DNA of 63,990 nucleotides, the filler included, from an uncultured bacterium (lineage in GTDB: Bacteria > CAZSTA01), in assembly GCA_964609495.1 (NCBI GenBank). It is 12 parts of 12 records of this genome, joined end to end, with 100 filler letters (N's around TTAATTAATTAA, not from the genome) between each part and the next. Parts side by side here need not be neighbours in the genome. Positions count along the whole stretch, not along the records: positions 5,792 to 11,463 come from CAZSTA010000225.1; positions 11,564 to 17,188 come from CAZSTA010000226.1; positions 17,289 to 22,852 come from CAZSTA010000227.1; 9 more parts are not named here. One strand, given 5' to 3'. Made by a program: the position numbers and the translations under genes. Shown piece after piece: positions 9,320 to 20,535 of this stretch (the first letter of the stretch is position 1; each line of letters starts with the position of its first letter). The notes beneath the pieces were generated by a model. The model was given only the letters and a program-made list of their open reading frames with translations. It searched no databases and was not told the DNA's origin.

Positions 9320-11463
9320 ATGAAGCTTGAGATTGGACAACTGATAGATAATAGGTATCAGGTAATAGATACATTAGGGCAAGGGGGAATGGGAGCAGTT
9401 TATAAGGTATATGATATAGCCTCCGATCGAGAGATAGCCCTTAAGATCCTATCCCCGGTGCTTACTCAAGATGAGGAAACTAGAAGATTTCGGAGGGAGT
9501 TCCGAGCGATAGCTAAATTAAAGCATCCCAACGTTATATCTGTATATGATTACGGGATCGATAGCAAGCGGAACATTCACTATTTCACTATGGATTATAT
9601 AAAGGGGAGAGATCTGGGGAAGTTTTGCTCTGAGATTGCCGAGCCACGAGAGGGGAACTTCCTATCGGATGTTCAACTCGAAAGATTGATCAACGTCTTC
9701 ATCCAAACTAGTAAAGCTCTAAGCTATGTCCACTCCCAGGGAGTTATCCATCGCGATATCAAGCCAGGGAATATTATGGTCAACTATGAGAATGTAGTCA
9801 AGCTGATGGACTTCGGAGTGGCTAAGGTAGTCGATGCCTCGCTCCGTTTGACACGAACAGGCACTATTATGGGAACAACCTTCTATATATCTCCTGAGCA
9901 AGCTCAGGGGCATGGGGTCGATTTGCGCTCCGATCTCTATTCGCTTGGTGTAGTTCTCTACGAGGCTTTGACGGGAAAATTGCCCTTCGAAAGTGATGAT
10001 CCTTTCTCGGTGATCTTTATGCACGTGGCGGAGATGCCGCTCGAGCCTCGTAGGCATAACCCTGAGGTCCCCCGAGATTTGGAGAGAGTTGTTCTTCGCC
10101 TGATGGAGAAGGATCCAGCCGATAGATATCAATCTGCTGGCGAGCTAATCACTGCCTTAGAGGAGTGCAGACCTGGGGTTAAGATATCGGCAGAGGCGAT
10201 CTCCGAGACGGGAATAACGACTCCGAAGGTAGCGAGACCAGATCAGATATTCAGAGCGAAGTTGATCGGACGAGATGAGGAATTAGAATCGATCAAGAAG
10301 TGCTTAGAGCGAGTTTTAAAGAGAAATGGAGAGCTAGTTATTATTGGAGGAGAGGTGGGTATCGGTAAGACCAGATTAGTGGAGGAGCTATTCAATTACG
10401 GACGTCCGAAGGGATTAAAATTCATCACTGGAACTTGTCATGAGGAAGAAGGATCTATATCCTATCAACCATTTATCGAGTTGCTTAGGCAGTACTTCCG
10501 CGATGTTAAATTATATCAAGATATCGAAGCAGTCCGAGTAGTAGTAAAGGGATTAGAACCCGAACTTATCAAGTTTGTCCCCGATCTCTCTCAGATGGTT
10601 ACCGAGGTTGTTCCCAGTGTGGAGTTACCTCCAGAGCAGGAAAAGAGCAGATTATTCGATTCGATCTGTCGATTTCTGATAAATGTATCCGAGCGAAATC
10701 CTCTGTTGCTTCTTCTCGATGACTTACAGTGGGCAGATGAGATGACTCTGCAACTTCTCCACTATGTAGCTCGTAATATCAGGAATAGTCGCGTTCTTAT
10801 CTGTGGCACCTATCGAGAGGAGGAGAGCATCGGTAAACATCCCTTAGTTGAGCTAATGCGTCGAATGAGCAGAGAGAGGATATGCCAGAAGATCACCCTC
10901 GAGCGCTTATCCTTGAGTGAAACTCGAGAGATGATTTACTCCCTGTTGGGAACTGGAGATTTGTCATCTGACTTCGAGGTGGTAATTTATGAGGAGACGG
11001 AGGGGAATCCCTTCTTTATCGAGGAAGTGATAAAATCATTGGTTCAGGAAGGGGTATTATATCAACAACACGGCGTATGGAGGAAGCGGTTGGATACAGG
11101 GAGGATCGAGATACCTTCCACTATAACCGATGTAATTGGAAGAAGGTTAGGACTGCTGGATGAGGAGAGCCGAGAGGTTTTAAGTTTAGCCGCATTGATC
11201 GGGAAGAAGTTCGATTTCGATGTGCTGATGGAGTTGAGCGGAAAAGATGAGGATGAGCTGTTGGATCTGATAGATGAGTTATTACGGACTCAATTGATAA
11301 GAGAGGACGAGGTGTCACTTGGTGATAGATACCTCTTCGCCCATATAAAGATGAGAGATGTGCTATATGAGGAGATAAACAAGAGGAGAAGAAGGAGATT
11401 GCATCGGAAGGTGGGAGAAGTTATTGAGCAACTGTGTGGGGATGAAGTAGAGGAGTATATCGG
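9320..11463 (+). CDS. Ser/Thr protein kinase fused to an AAA/STAND ATPase (3' truncated)
   Basis: LGQGGMGAVY, HRDIKPGN, DFG, then LIGRDEE, GEVGIGKTRL, DDLQWAD and GNPFF. Confidence 0.9.
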
Positions 11464-11563
11464 NNNNNNNNNNNNNNNNNNNNNNNNNNNNNNNNNNNNN
11501 NNNNNNNTTAATTAATTAANNNNNNNNNNNNNNNNNNNNNNNNNNNNNNNNNNNNNNNNNNNN

Positions 11564-11852
11564 TTAGCTCATTTACTGGCCTATTCCACCCAAATGATCT
11601 TCCAAAATCTCCGTGAAGCATCTTCCACACCCATTTGATATACTGAAGATGCATAGGCCTATCTAAATCATACTGTTTTTTCAGAGCAGCAATTTGGGCT
11701 TCATCAACACGGGTGCCTTGCGATTCCAACAACATTACGTAGGAAGTCAAATAATCACCGGGAGGAAGTTGAATAATAATAAAGGCAACCACAGATACTA
11801 CCAGCAGGACAACGATCATATAAAGAATTCGACGAAGGACATAAGATAGCAT
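11564..11852 (-). CDS. ABC permease DppB/OppB (5' part, truncated)
   Basis: MLSYVLRR..IIQLPPGDY..GDFGRSF. Confidence 0.88.
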
Positions 11853-11919
11853 CTTTATCCCCTCGATAGAATTTCTGCCCGGCAAGATACGGAAAGCCGG
11901 GCAGAAAATTTAGCTCTAA

Positions 11920-13863
11920 TTACTCTTGCTTGAGGAAGAATTGTTCGGGATGATAAGGATAGAACCATAACTCATCCCAAACCCAGGCGCCTTTTTCTGG
12001 GATATTGCGCAAATTATTCTTAGCTATAATAGGCTGAGGAGCCATACCCACAACCCCAATTGTCCAGAGATTCTCAGCCTGGGAGCGCAATATATTTTTG
12101 CCCCACTCTACATCTAGGGTTTCCTGCCACTTTTCCCACCACTCGAAAAGTTGCTTTATGTCATCAGGGGGCTCTTCGCCTTCTGCTCCTCCGGTCTCAT
12201 ACCATTGCGCCCATAGTGGACACCAATCCCTATCATCTCCCACGCCGGGAACAAACCACCTACGATCCAGAGGACCAAAGCAATCGACACTTGCATCTCC
12301 GTGCCATAGAGCCATCGGAGATAAATTCGCGCGATATTGCGTTCCGACTAGCGTTCTGGTGCCTTCTTTTAACTTTACATCAATACCGACTCTCCCCCAG
12401 TATTCCACCACTAGCTCAGAAACTTCCCTCTTTGGCGTCTCACTTTGGAAGAAATTAAACGTCCAACCTAACTTCTTGCCATCGGGACGCAGACGATATT
12501 CGCGGTTTTCATCCCACTTCAGACCCATCTCATCTAGAAGAGCATTAGCTTTGTCGGGATCATGTTCAGCGTAGGCAGTGGCAAATTCTGGCTCAATATA
12601 CTTAGAGCCATCTATGAAGGTCATCTGGCGAGGAACTCCTAACCCAAAGAAGATAACATCGTTAATCTCCTCTCGATCAATGGCTAAGGACAAAGCTTGG
12701 CGGAATCTTAAATCTCGGAATATATCCCGTAGAACAGTATCCTCCTCATAGGTCATATTGACCTGATATACAACTTCTGAGCCCTTACCACTGCTCCATA
12801 GAAGCACTCGGTAATCGCCTTGCTCTGCGTTCTCCTTATAAAGAGGATAGTTCAGCACGCTGGTATTAAAGCCTGCGCAGTCAAGCTCTCCACTTACTAT
12901 CTTGGCATTATACATCTCTACGTTCTCGACTTTTTTAATGAGGATTTTGTCGATATAGGGAAGTTGGTTTCCAGCGGTATCTACCTTCCAGTAGTAGGGA
13001 TTCCTCTCGAAAGTGCTTATATCCGTCCCATACTTTGCAAGATAGTAAGGAAGGACAGTAGGAAGATCAGGATTTTCCAGTGGTTGACCGCACCAGGAGC
13101 GTCTCTTATTCTCAAATAACTGATACCAATAGTCGAGTCCCGCGTCCTTGGCCATCTCCTCCAGCTCCTCTATAGGAGCGTATTTAGGATGGAATTGCTT
13201 TAGATAGTGTTTAGGCTCTATACCATACATCCAATGAGCAAGCTGGAGCAGTATAGCCGCGTATGGCTCGGCGAAGTGGAGGGACACCGTATAATCGTCT
13301 ATCTTCTTTACTTCCATTGGTTCATCACCTGGAGACCACTGCTTGGGTAAGACAGGGGTGAGATCCTCGTTCAAAATAATATCCTCATACCAGAACATAA
13401 TGTCATCCGCGGTGAAAGGCTCCCCATCTGACCACTTCATTCCCTTCCTTAGATGTATGGTTAAAGTCTTTTTATCCTCAGAAAGCTCGTAAGCCTTCGC
13501 CACACCGGGAACTATAGTTGAAAGATCGTAATCTATACGAAACAAATTGTCCAATCCCAGCAGACTTATACCATCTCCCCAATAGCCAAGATATACCCGA
13601 GCTAGATAGAGTGTTCCTCCATATTGACCGGTCTCCTCCACGGGCTCAATCACCATTACGTCCTCGGGCAATCTCTCTTCCAAGGCAGGAAGTTCCCCCG
13701 CTGCTACAAGTTCTGCCAGCATCGGGGCTTCATTGAACTTCTCCGGTAGTGGGCCAGTTTCGACCCCTCTAGGAGTGAATATAGGACCTTCCTCCGCTGA
13801 TACTACTGAAGATACAACTAGGATAACCGCTAAGCAACTAATAAGTAGTAAACCTCTCTTCAC
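11920..13863 (-). CDS. ABC transporter substrate-binding protein, family 5
   Basis: Signal peptide, EAPML..GELP.LEERLP, LRKGMKWSDGEPFTADD and GNQLPYID motifs. Confidence 0.93.
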   Translation of the reverse strand: MKRGLLLISCLAVILVVSSVVSAEEGPIFTPRGVETGPLPEKFNEAPMLAELVAAGELPALEERLPEDVMVIEPVEETGQYGGTLYLARVYLGYWGDGISLLGLDNLFRIDYDLSTIVPGVAKAYELSEDKKTLTIHLRKGMKWSDGEPFTADDIMFWYEDIILNEDLTPVLPKQWSPGDEPMEVKKIDDYTVSLHFAEPYAAILLQLAHWMYGIEPKHYLKQFHPKYAPIEELEEMAKDAGLDYWYQLFENKRRSWCGQPLENPDLPTVLPYYLAKYGTDISTFERNPYYWKVDTAGNQLPYIDKILIKKVENVEMYNAKIVSGELDCAGFNTSVLNYPLYKENAEQGDYRVLLWSSGKGSEVVYQVNMTYEEDTVLRDIFRDLRFRQALSLAIDREEINDVIFFGLGVPRQMTFIDGSKYIEPEFATAYAEHDPDKANALLDEMGLKWDENREYRLRPDGKKLGWTFNFFQSETPKREVSELVVEYWGRVGIDVKLKEGTRTLVGTQYRANLSPMALWHGDASVDCFGPLDRRWFVPGVGDDRDWCPLWAQWYETGGAEGEEPPDDIKQLFEWWEKWQETLDVEWGKNILRSQAENLWTIGVVGMAPQPIIAKNNLRNIPEKGAWVWDELWFYPYHPEQFFLKQE

Positions 13864-14076
13864 TTCTCTTCCCTCCTTTGTAAAATTGAATTTTTGAGAA
13901 TCTCATCTTTTGCTCGTCTTTATATCTCTTCTAAGTTATGCGGAAAAAATCACCTCCTTCATACTATAATTATACAGTACCTCTAGCTTTGACGAAGAAC
14001 TCTTGTAGAACTAAGGTATCAGCATCCTAATTCCAGCTCTAAAACAAAATATGTTTAACTTAATTAAACTAATTTC

Positions 14077-14105
14077 ACTATATCATAAAGCCTAAAAGAT
14101 GTCAA
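14077..14105 (-). promoter_or_regulatory. sigma70 promoter of the SBP gene
   Basis: TTGACA-17bp-TATAGT with TG; homologous to 17419-17447. Confidence 0.7.
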
Positions 14106-14249
14106 CCTCTCATTAATCTTTGACAAATAAAATAGGATATAGGATCACCAACTCACGAATTCATTCATTGGGTTTACATATCCTATATCCCCCTTAATAT
14201 CCTTAATAATTACTGAAGAGAATCACAATAAATTCAAGAAATAAATCAT

Positions 14250-15245
14250 TTATCCTCCTCGACTTTCATATCTAATACGAGGATCTACCCAAACCAACAG
14301 AAGGTCAGAGACAAGGGTCCCTATCACTGTCAAGAAAGTCAGGAACATAATAGTGCTTCCCGCTAAAAACATATCCTGACTCATCAAAGCTCGAAAAAGC
14401 AGAGGACCCGTAGTGGGCAGACTAAGGACTATCGCCGTGAGAGTTTCCCCAGAAACAATAGCCGGAAGGGTCCAACCTATAGTGCTTATTATAGGATTAA
14501 TCGCGACCCTCACTGGATACTTGAAGAGAAGGGTCCTCTCCGCCACTCCCTTAGCCCTAGCGGTGATGACATATTGTTTGCGAAGCTCATCCAATAGACA
14601 TCCCCGCATAACTCGAATGAGACCAGCGGTGCCCGCCGTGCCAATAACTATTATCGGAATGGGAAAGTGTTTTAGCATATCCCAAATTTTCGCGAAATTC
14701 CAGGGGGCTAACTCATACTCCGGGGAGAAAAGACCGGTCACACTGAGTCCAAGATATTTGAAGAAGACAAACATCAATATCAAAGCCAGGAGGAAGTTAG
14801 GAGTAGCCAGGCCGATAAAACCAAATACAGTGAAGGTGTAATCACCAAGAGAATACTGATGAGTAGCTGAATAAATCCCGATAGGAACGGCGACGATATA
14901 GACGAAAACAAGAGTAGAAAGCGATATCATCACCGTCAATGGCAATCGCTCAGCTATTAGATCTCTCACTGGTTTATTCCATTCAAAGGACCTCCCAAAA
15001 TTCCCGTGAAGCATTTTCCACGTCCACATAAAATACTGTTGATACATCGGTAAATCCAAGTAATATTGTTTTCTCAGGGAGGCAATTTGTGCTTCGTCAA
15101 TATCCTGGCCTTGGGTCCTTAATTGCATTATATAAGAGGTTAAATAATCACCAGGGGGAAGCTGAATAATAACGAAAGCAACGATAGAAATCACGAATAG
15201 AATAATAAACATATAAAGAACTCGGCGAATAATATATGATGTCAT
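14250..15245 (-). CDS. ABC permease DppB/OppB
   Basis: LPPGDY, ERLPLT, EAA loop (YVITARAKG) and DPRIRY motifs. Confidence 0.93.
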   Translation of the reverse strand: MTSYIIRRVLYMFIILFVISIVAFVIIQLPPGDYLTSYIMQLRTQGQDIDEAQIASLRKQYYLDLPMYQQYFMWTWKMLHGNFGRSFEWNKPVRDLIAERLPLTVMISLSTLVFVYIVAVPIGIYSATHQYSLGDYTFTVFGFIGLATPNFLLALILMFVFFKYLGLSVTGLFSPEYELAPWNFAKIWDMLKHFPIPIIVIGTAGTAGLIRVMRGCLLDELRKQYVITARAKGVAERTLLFKYPVRVAINPIISTIGWTLPAIVSGETLTAIVLSLPTTGPLLFRALMSQDMFLAGSTIMFLTFLTVIGTLVSDLLLVWVDPRIRYESRGG

Positions 15246-15315
15246 CTTTTAACCTTCCTATATATGAGGACTTCTGTCCCAAAACAGGACAGAAGTCCTC
15301 GTGAATTAGTCTTAA

Positions 15316-17188
15316 CTACTCACTCTTGAAGAACCACTGCATTGGATATACGGTTTTGTCCCAGTTAGGACCATCGCCATACAGTGCTTCCTCGACGACA
15401 TTTCTCAGATTGTTCTTCGCCGCTACAGGAGCTGGAGAGTAACCTACAGTGCCAATGATAACCAGTTGCTCGGAGAAGAAGTCCCATATCTCCCGAGCTA
15501 ATCGCTGGTAGTCTTCATCAGTCGTAGCAGTATACCATTCATCCATCGTCTTCCACTGCTCCTTCCATTCCTCTGGTGGCTCTTCTCCTTGCTCTCCTCC
15601 CGTGTCACGCCATAGACCCCACTGGACCGCATAACCCATCTCACTTCTGGGATTGAACTTGGTAGCCCGAGGTATGTAACAGCGAATCTCCTCCATACGA
15701 TCTGAGTGCCACAAACCTACATCCAATTCACCTGCCGCGTATCGTGTCCCATGAAGCGAACGTTGCACTGTCTTAGGAATCACATCGACTCCACACGCTC
15801 CCCAATACTCCTTCACTAACTCAGTAACTTTGGTAACCGCGGGGAACAATCCTTCGACTATCTCTATAGTCACACCTAGGCGTTTGCCGTCAGGTCTTAG
15901 ACGATACTCATGCTCTGCATCCCACTTAAGTCCCATCTCGTCTAAGAGGGCATTAGCCTTATCGGGATCATACTCAGTGTAAGCTTCTCCCCATTCCTCT
16001 TTGTAGAAGCTACAATCAGGAGAAACTGTCGATTGGATTGGGACAGCCAATCCGAAATAGGCAGCTTCATTAATCTCATCCCGATCGAGCGCTATGGACA
16101 TCGCTTGACGGAATCTAATATCCTGGAAGATCTCCCGCAGAACAGGATCAGGATGATTTAAGTTGAAGGCATACTGTATCACTTCAGCTTCAGCAAGTTT
16201 CCAGGTCAGAACACGGTAATCGCCTTTCTCGGCATTCTCCTTGTAAAGGGGATAGTTCTCCAGCTTTAACATCATTCCGCTGAAAGTTAGCTCTCCTGCT
16301 ACTGTCCTCATATTGACCATTTCCGCATCGGCCATAGTGGTAACCACTACCTTGTCAATATAAGGAAGCTGGTTTCCAGCAGTATCTACCGCATAGAAAT
16401 AGGGATTCCTGGTCCACACTCGAGCGGTAGTGGTGACTTCCTCGAGCATCCAGGGAGAGACTACCGGAACACCAACATGATCCCAGGCTCCCCAGCCCAT
16501 ACTCTTGTGGAAGTTAAAGGCTTGCCACCAGTGATCATAACCCTCATCTTGAGCTATCTTATCTGCATCGGGATTATACTTTATGTGCCACTTCTTTAGG
16601 TAATGCCCAGGATCGTAGAAGAGGTTCTGAACAGTCTGCCAGTTGGTCATCATACCGATAATGGGGGGATATGGCTCAGGAAGGTGTATCCGTAAGGTAT
16701 AATCATCTACCTTCTCAAATTCCGGGAACTCCCCCTTTATATTCCACCAACTAGGTGGTCCTGCGGGAGAAAGCTCCTCATTTAACGCCTCATCTTCCCA
16801 CCAGAACATTATGTCATCGGTGGTGAAGGGATGTCCATCTGACCACTTCATCCCCTTCCTCAAGTATAGCGTAAAGGTCTTCTTATCCTCGGAAAAATCA
16901 TAAGCTCTAGCTACATCAGGGAATACCTGCGTGCAGGTGTTATCCACCTGGAACATATATTGCTCTATCATCCCATGCTCGGGATCCCACATTGTAGCAG
17001 GTCCTAGGGAGGCTTCATACATCGTTCCCCCATACTGTCCGATCTCCTCTATCGGCTCCACCACTAAAGGCTCCTCAGATACTCTCTCCTCTACCGGGGG
17101 AAGCACTCCGGCTTTCACCATTTCTGCTAACATAGGTGCTTCACCATATTTCTCTGGTAGAGGACCAGTTTTCATCCCTGTAAAGGTA
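15316..17188 (-). CDS. ABC substrate-binding protein, family 5 (5' truncated)
   Basis: Same family motifs as 11920-13863. Confidence 0.92.
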
Positions 17189-17289
17189 NNNNNNNNNNNN
17201 NNNNNNNNNNNNNNNNNNNNNNNNNNNNNNNNTTAATTAATTAANNNNNNNNNNNNNNNNNNNNNNNNNNNNNNNNNNNNNNNNNNNNT

Positions 17290-17388
17290 ATGTTTCTGAC
17301 TTTTTTGACGGTGATAGGAACTCTTATCTCTGATCTGCTGTTGGTTTGGGTAGATCCTCGTATTAGATATGAAAAGCGAGGAGCTTAA
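17290..17388 (+). CDS. 3' end of a DppB permease
   Basis: MFLTFLTVIGTLISDLLLVWVDPRIRYEKRGA*. Confidence 0.85.
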   Translation: MFLTFLTVIGTLISDLLLVWVDPRIRYEKRGA

Positions 17389-17418
17389 AATTTATTGTGA
17401 TTTTTCCCTCTCAAGAGG

Positions 17419-17447
17419 TTGACATTTTTGAGAATGTGTGATATAGT
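17419..17447 (+). promoter_or_regulatory. sigma70 promoter
   Basis: TTGACA-17bp-TATAGT with TG. Confidence 0.7.
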
Positions 17448-17517
17448 AGTAACGTATAGTACACTTAATATGTTTTGTGGTGGAGTTGTGAACTTCACTT
17501 AGCTATGAGGTTGCTCT

Positions 17518-18177
17518 ATTATCATAGTTGTAGCTATACCCATAGGAATCTACTCAGCTACCCATCAGTATTCTTTTGGTGATTACACCTTTACTGTATT
17601 TGGTTTTGCTGGCTTGGCTACCCCTAATTTTCTCCTGGCCTTGATATTAATGTTTATCTTTTTCAAATATTTTCATATTAGTGTGGGTGGTCCTTTCTCG
17701 CAGGAGTATGAGTTGGCTCCCTGGAGTTTAGCGAAATTCGTCGATCTGTTAAAGCATCTCCCTATTCCCGTAATAGTGGTTGGTACAGCTGGCACAGCCA
17801 GTCTCATTTGAGTTATGCGAGGATGTCTATTGGATGAACTTCGCAAACAGTACGTCATCACTGCTAGGGCTAAAGGAGTGGCGGAGAGGACCCTTCTCTT
17901 TAAGTATCAAGTGAGGGTCGCGATTAATCCCATAATAAGCACTATCGGCTGGACACTTCCGGCCATCGTCTCTGGGGAGGCTATTACCGCGAGAGTTCTT
18001 AGTCTGCCCACTACAGGACCTCTGCTTTTTCGGGCCTTGATAAGCTAGGATATGTATTTAGCAGGAAGCACTATTATGTTCCTGACTTTTTTGACGGTGA
18101 TAGGGACCCTTATCTCTGATCTTTTGTTGGTTTGGGTAGATCCCCGTATTAGATATGAAAAGCAAGGAGGATCTTAA
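17518..18177 (+). pseudogene. 5'-deleted DppB permease pseudogene
   Basis: Colinear with the C-terminal two-thirds of 14250-15245. In-frame TGA at 17809-17811 (CGA in the paralog) and TAG at 18046-18048 (CAG in the paralog). Confidence 0.88.
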
Positions 18178-19305
18178 GTGGCTACAATAGAGGAAAAAAT
18201 TAGCGCTGGAGAAATTACTGCTGAAGAAAGATACTATATGGCCTCCCAGTGGCAGCTTATGTGGCGAAAATTTATAAAGCATAAGTTGGCTATTTTGGGG
18301 GGAACTATATTAATCATCTTTTATTTTGTGGCTATATTCTGCGAGTTCTTCTCTCCTTATGATATATATAAACGTTACACAAAATATATCTATTGTCAAT
18401 CTCAGAGGATCCACTTCTTTAGTGAAGAGGGCTTTCATCTTCGTCCCTTTGTTTATGGGCTACATAGGGAGGTTAATCCAGAAACCTTTCGCAGGATATA
18501 TACTGAGGATAGAAGTGTGAAATATCCGATCTACTTCTTCGTCCACGGTGATGAATATAAATTCTGGGGTTTCTTCAAGACAGATATTCGCTTTATGGGG
18601 GTAGAGGAGCCCGGAGTAATATTTCTCTTCGGGACGGACGATTTAGGTAGGGATCTATTTTCTCGCAATATTCACGCCGCTCGTATTTCTCTATCTATAG
18701 GTTTAGTAGGAGTATTTTTAAGTTTTATATTAGGCTGTATATTAGGAGGGATCTCGGGATATTATGGGGGAACCGCTGATATGATCATCCAGAGAGTCAT
18801 AGAGTTCTTAATCTCTATACCAACCATTCCTCTCTGGATGGCCTTGAGCGCAGCCCTGCCGGCAGATTGGTCAGCCATTAAAACTTACTTCGGTATTACT
18901 ATTATTCTCTCCATTGTGGGCTGGTGTGGCTTAGCCCGGGTAGTTCGGGGGAAGCTTTTGGAGTTAAGGGAGGAGGATTTCGCTATGGCCGCTAAGGTTG
19001 CCGGGGCAGGTGAGGGACAAATAATCGTAAGGCATCTTCTTCCTTCCTTCCTAAGTTACCTCATAGTGAGTTTAACCTTAGCTGTACCCGGTATGATCTT
19101 AGGAGAGACTTCTTTGAGCTTCCTAGGTCTTGGGCTTCGCCCACCAGTGGTTAGTTGGGGAGTACTACTGCATAATGCGCAAAATGTCCGTACCGTTGCT
19201 CTTCATCCTTGGCTTTTACTTCCGGCGCTTTTTGTTATTATTACGGTGTTAGCTTTCAATTTCTTAGGAGATGGCCTGCGTGATGCGGCTGATCCTTATA
19301 AGTAA
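18178..19305 (+). CDS. ABC permease DppC/OppC
   Basis: FGTDDLGRDLFSR and FNFLGDGLRDAADP motifs. Confidence 0.93.
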   Translation: MATIEEKISAGEITAEERYYMASQWQLMWRKFIKHKLAILGGTILIIFYFVAIFCEFFSPYDIYKRYTKYIYCQSQRIHFFSEEGFHLRPFVYGLHREVNPETFRRIYTEDRSVKYPIYFFVHGDEYKFWGFFKTDIRFMGVEEPGVIFLFGTDDLGRDLFSRNIHAARISLSIGLVGVFLSFILGCILGGISGYYGGTADMIIQRVIEFLISIPTIPLWMALSAALPADWSAIKTYFGITIILSIVGWCGLARVVRGKLLELREEDFAMAAKVAGAGEGQIIVRHLLPSFLSYLIVSLTLAVPGMILGETSLSFLGLGLRPPVVSWGVLLHNAQNVRTVALHPWLLLPALFVIITVLAFNFLGDGLRDAADPYK

Positions 19306-19319
19306 AGGGGATATGAGGA

Positions 19320-20315
19320 TTGAAAGATGAAAATAATCTCTTATTGGAGATAAAAAACCTCAAGACCTACTTTCAATTAGATGAGGGCGTCTTGAAGGCA
19401 GTGGATGATGTCAGCTTTGAGATAAGAAAAGGGGCAGTTTTAGGCGTAGTGGGAGAATCGGGCTGTGGTAAAAGTGTTACCGCTCAATCTATTTTAAGGA
19501 TAGTTCCACCTCCGGGGAAAACCGATGGTGAGATCTTACTTCACCAGGATAATGAGGTTATTGATCTTGCCAAGTTAGATCCTTCAGGGGAGGAAATTAG
19601 GAGCATCAGAGGTAAAGAGATAACTATGATCTTTCAAGAGCCAATGACCTCTCTTTCCCCCGTTCATACTATAGGAAACCAGATTATGGAAGCTATTCTC
19701 CTCCACAGGGATATGAGTAGGGAAGAGGCTAGAAAGCTAGCCATAGAGATGCTCGATGACGTAGGCATTTCTAGTCCAGAGCAGATGGTAGATGATTATC
19801 CTCATCAGCTTTCCGGTGGTATGCGCCAGAGAGCTATGATCGCCATGGCCCTATCCTGTAATCCCAGCCTCCTCATCGCTGATGAACCTACCACAGCTTT
19901 GGATGTTACCGTTCAGGCTCAGATTTTGGATCTGATGAGGCACTTACAGGAGGATTTCGGAATGTCTATTATGTTTATTACTCATAATTTAGGTGTTATC
20001 GCGGAGATGGCTGATGAGGTAGCAGTTATGTATCTGGGGAAGGTGGTAGAGTATGCTGATGTAGATACTATATTTCATAATCCTAAGCATCCCTACACGA
20101 TAAGTTTATTAAGATCTATTCCTAAGGTGGGCAGAAAAGCAAGGATTCGCCTTGATACTATTAAGGGGACAGTACCTCTTCCCCTTGAGCTTCCTGAAGA
20201 ATGCTCATTTTATCCCAGATGTTCTGAGGCTATGGAAGGCGTCTGTAACGCGGGCATTCCTCCTTTAGTTGAGATAGAGGGAGGACATAAGGTGAGATGC
20301 TATCTTTACACATAG
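19320..20315 (+). CDS. ABC ATP-binding protein DppD/OppD
   Basis: [24 protein letters not shown] and C-terminal Cys motif. Confidence 0.93.
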   Translation: MKDENNLLLEIKNLKTYFQLDEGVLKAVDDVSFEIRKGAVLGVVGESGCGKSVTAQSILRIVPPPGKTDGEILLHQDNEVIDLAKLDPSGEEIRSIRGKEITMIFQEPMTSLSPVHTIGNQIMEAILLHRDMSREEARKLAIEMLDDVGISSPEQMVDDYPHQLSGGMRQRAMIAMALSCNPSLLIADEPTTALDVTVQAQILDLMRHLQEDFGMSIMFITHNLGVIAEMADEVAVMYLGKVVEYADVDTIFHNPKHPYTISLLRSIPKVGRKARIRLDTIKGTVPLPLELPEECSFYPRCSEAMEGVCNAGIPPLVEIEGGHKVRCYLYT

Positions 20316-20535
20316 TATTTGACAGACAATAATTTCTGCTTAAATTTGTGACAAAAATGCTTACTTATCTTGAAAGTAAGAGCTAAAGATAAGGACAGAA
20401 GGAGGTGGTAATAAATAGGCTGTTAGCTGGGGCAAGGGAAAACTTTCTAAAAAGAAGTGTCGAAAGATTAGTTTTTCTTTCAAGGGCTTTCCGCAGAAGA
20501 AGGAATCAAATCTATCCAGACAAGGAGGAAAACAA

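Noticed and set aside
17809-18048. In-frame TGA and TAG in dppB as possible stop-codon recoding (Sec/Pyl/alternative code)
   Set aside because: Both are single C-to-T changes from Arg/Gln codons in a gene that also lacks its 5' end. TGA and TAG terminate normal genes elsewhere in the window.
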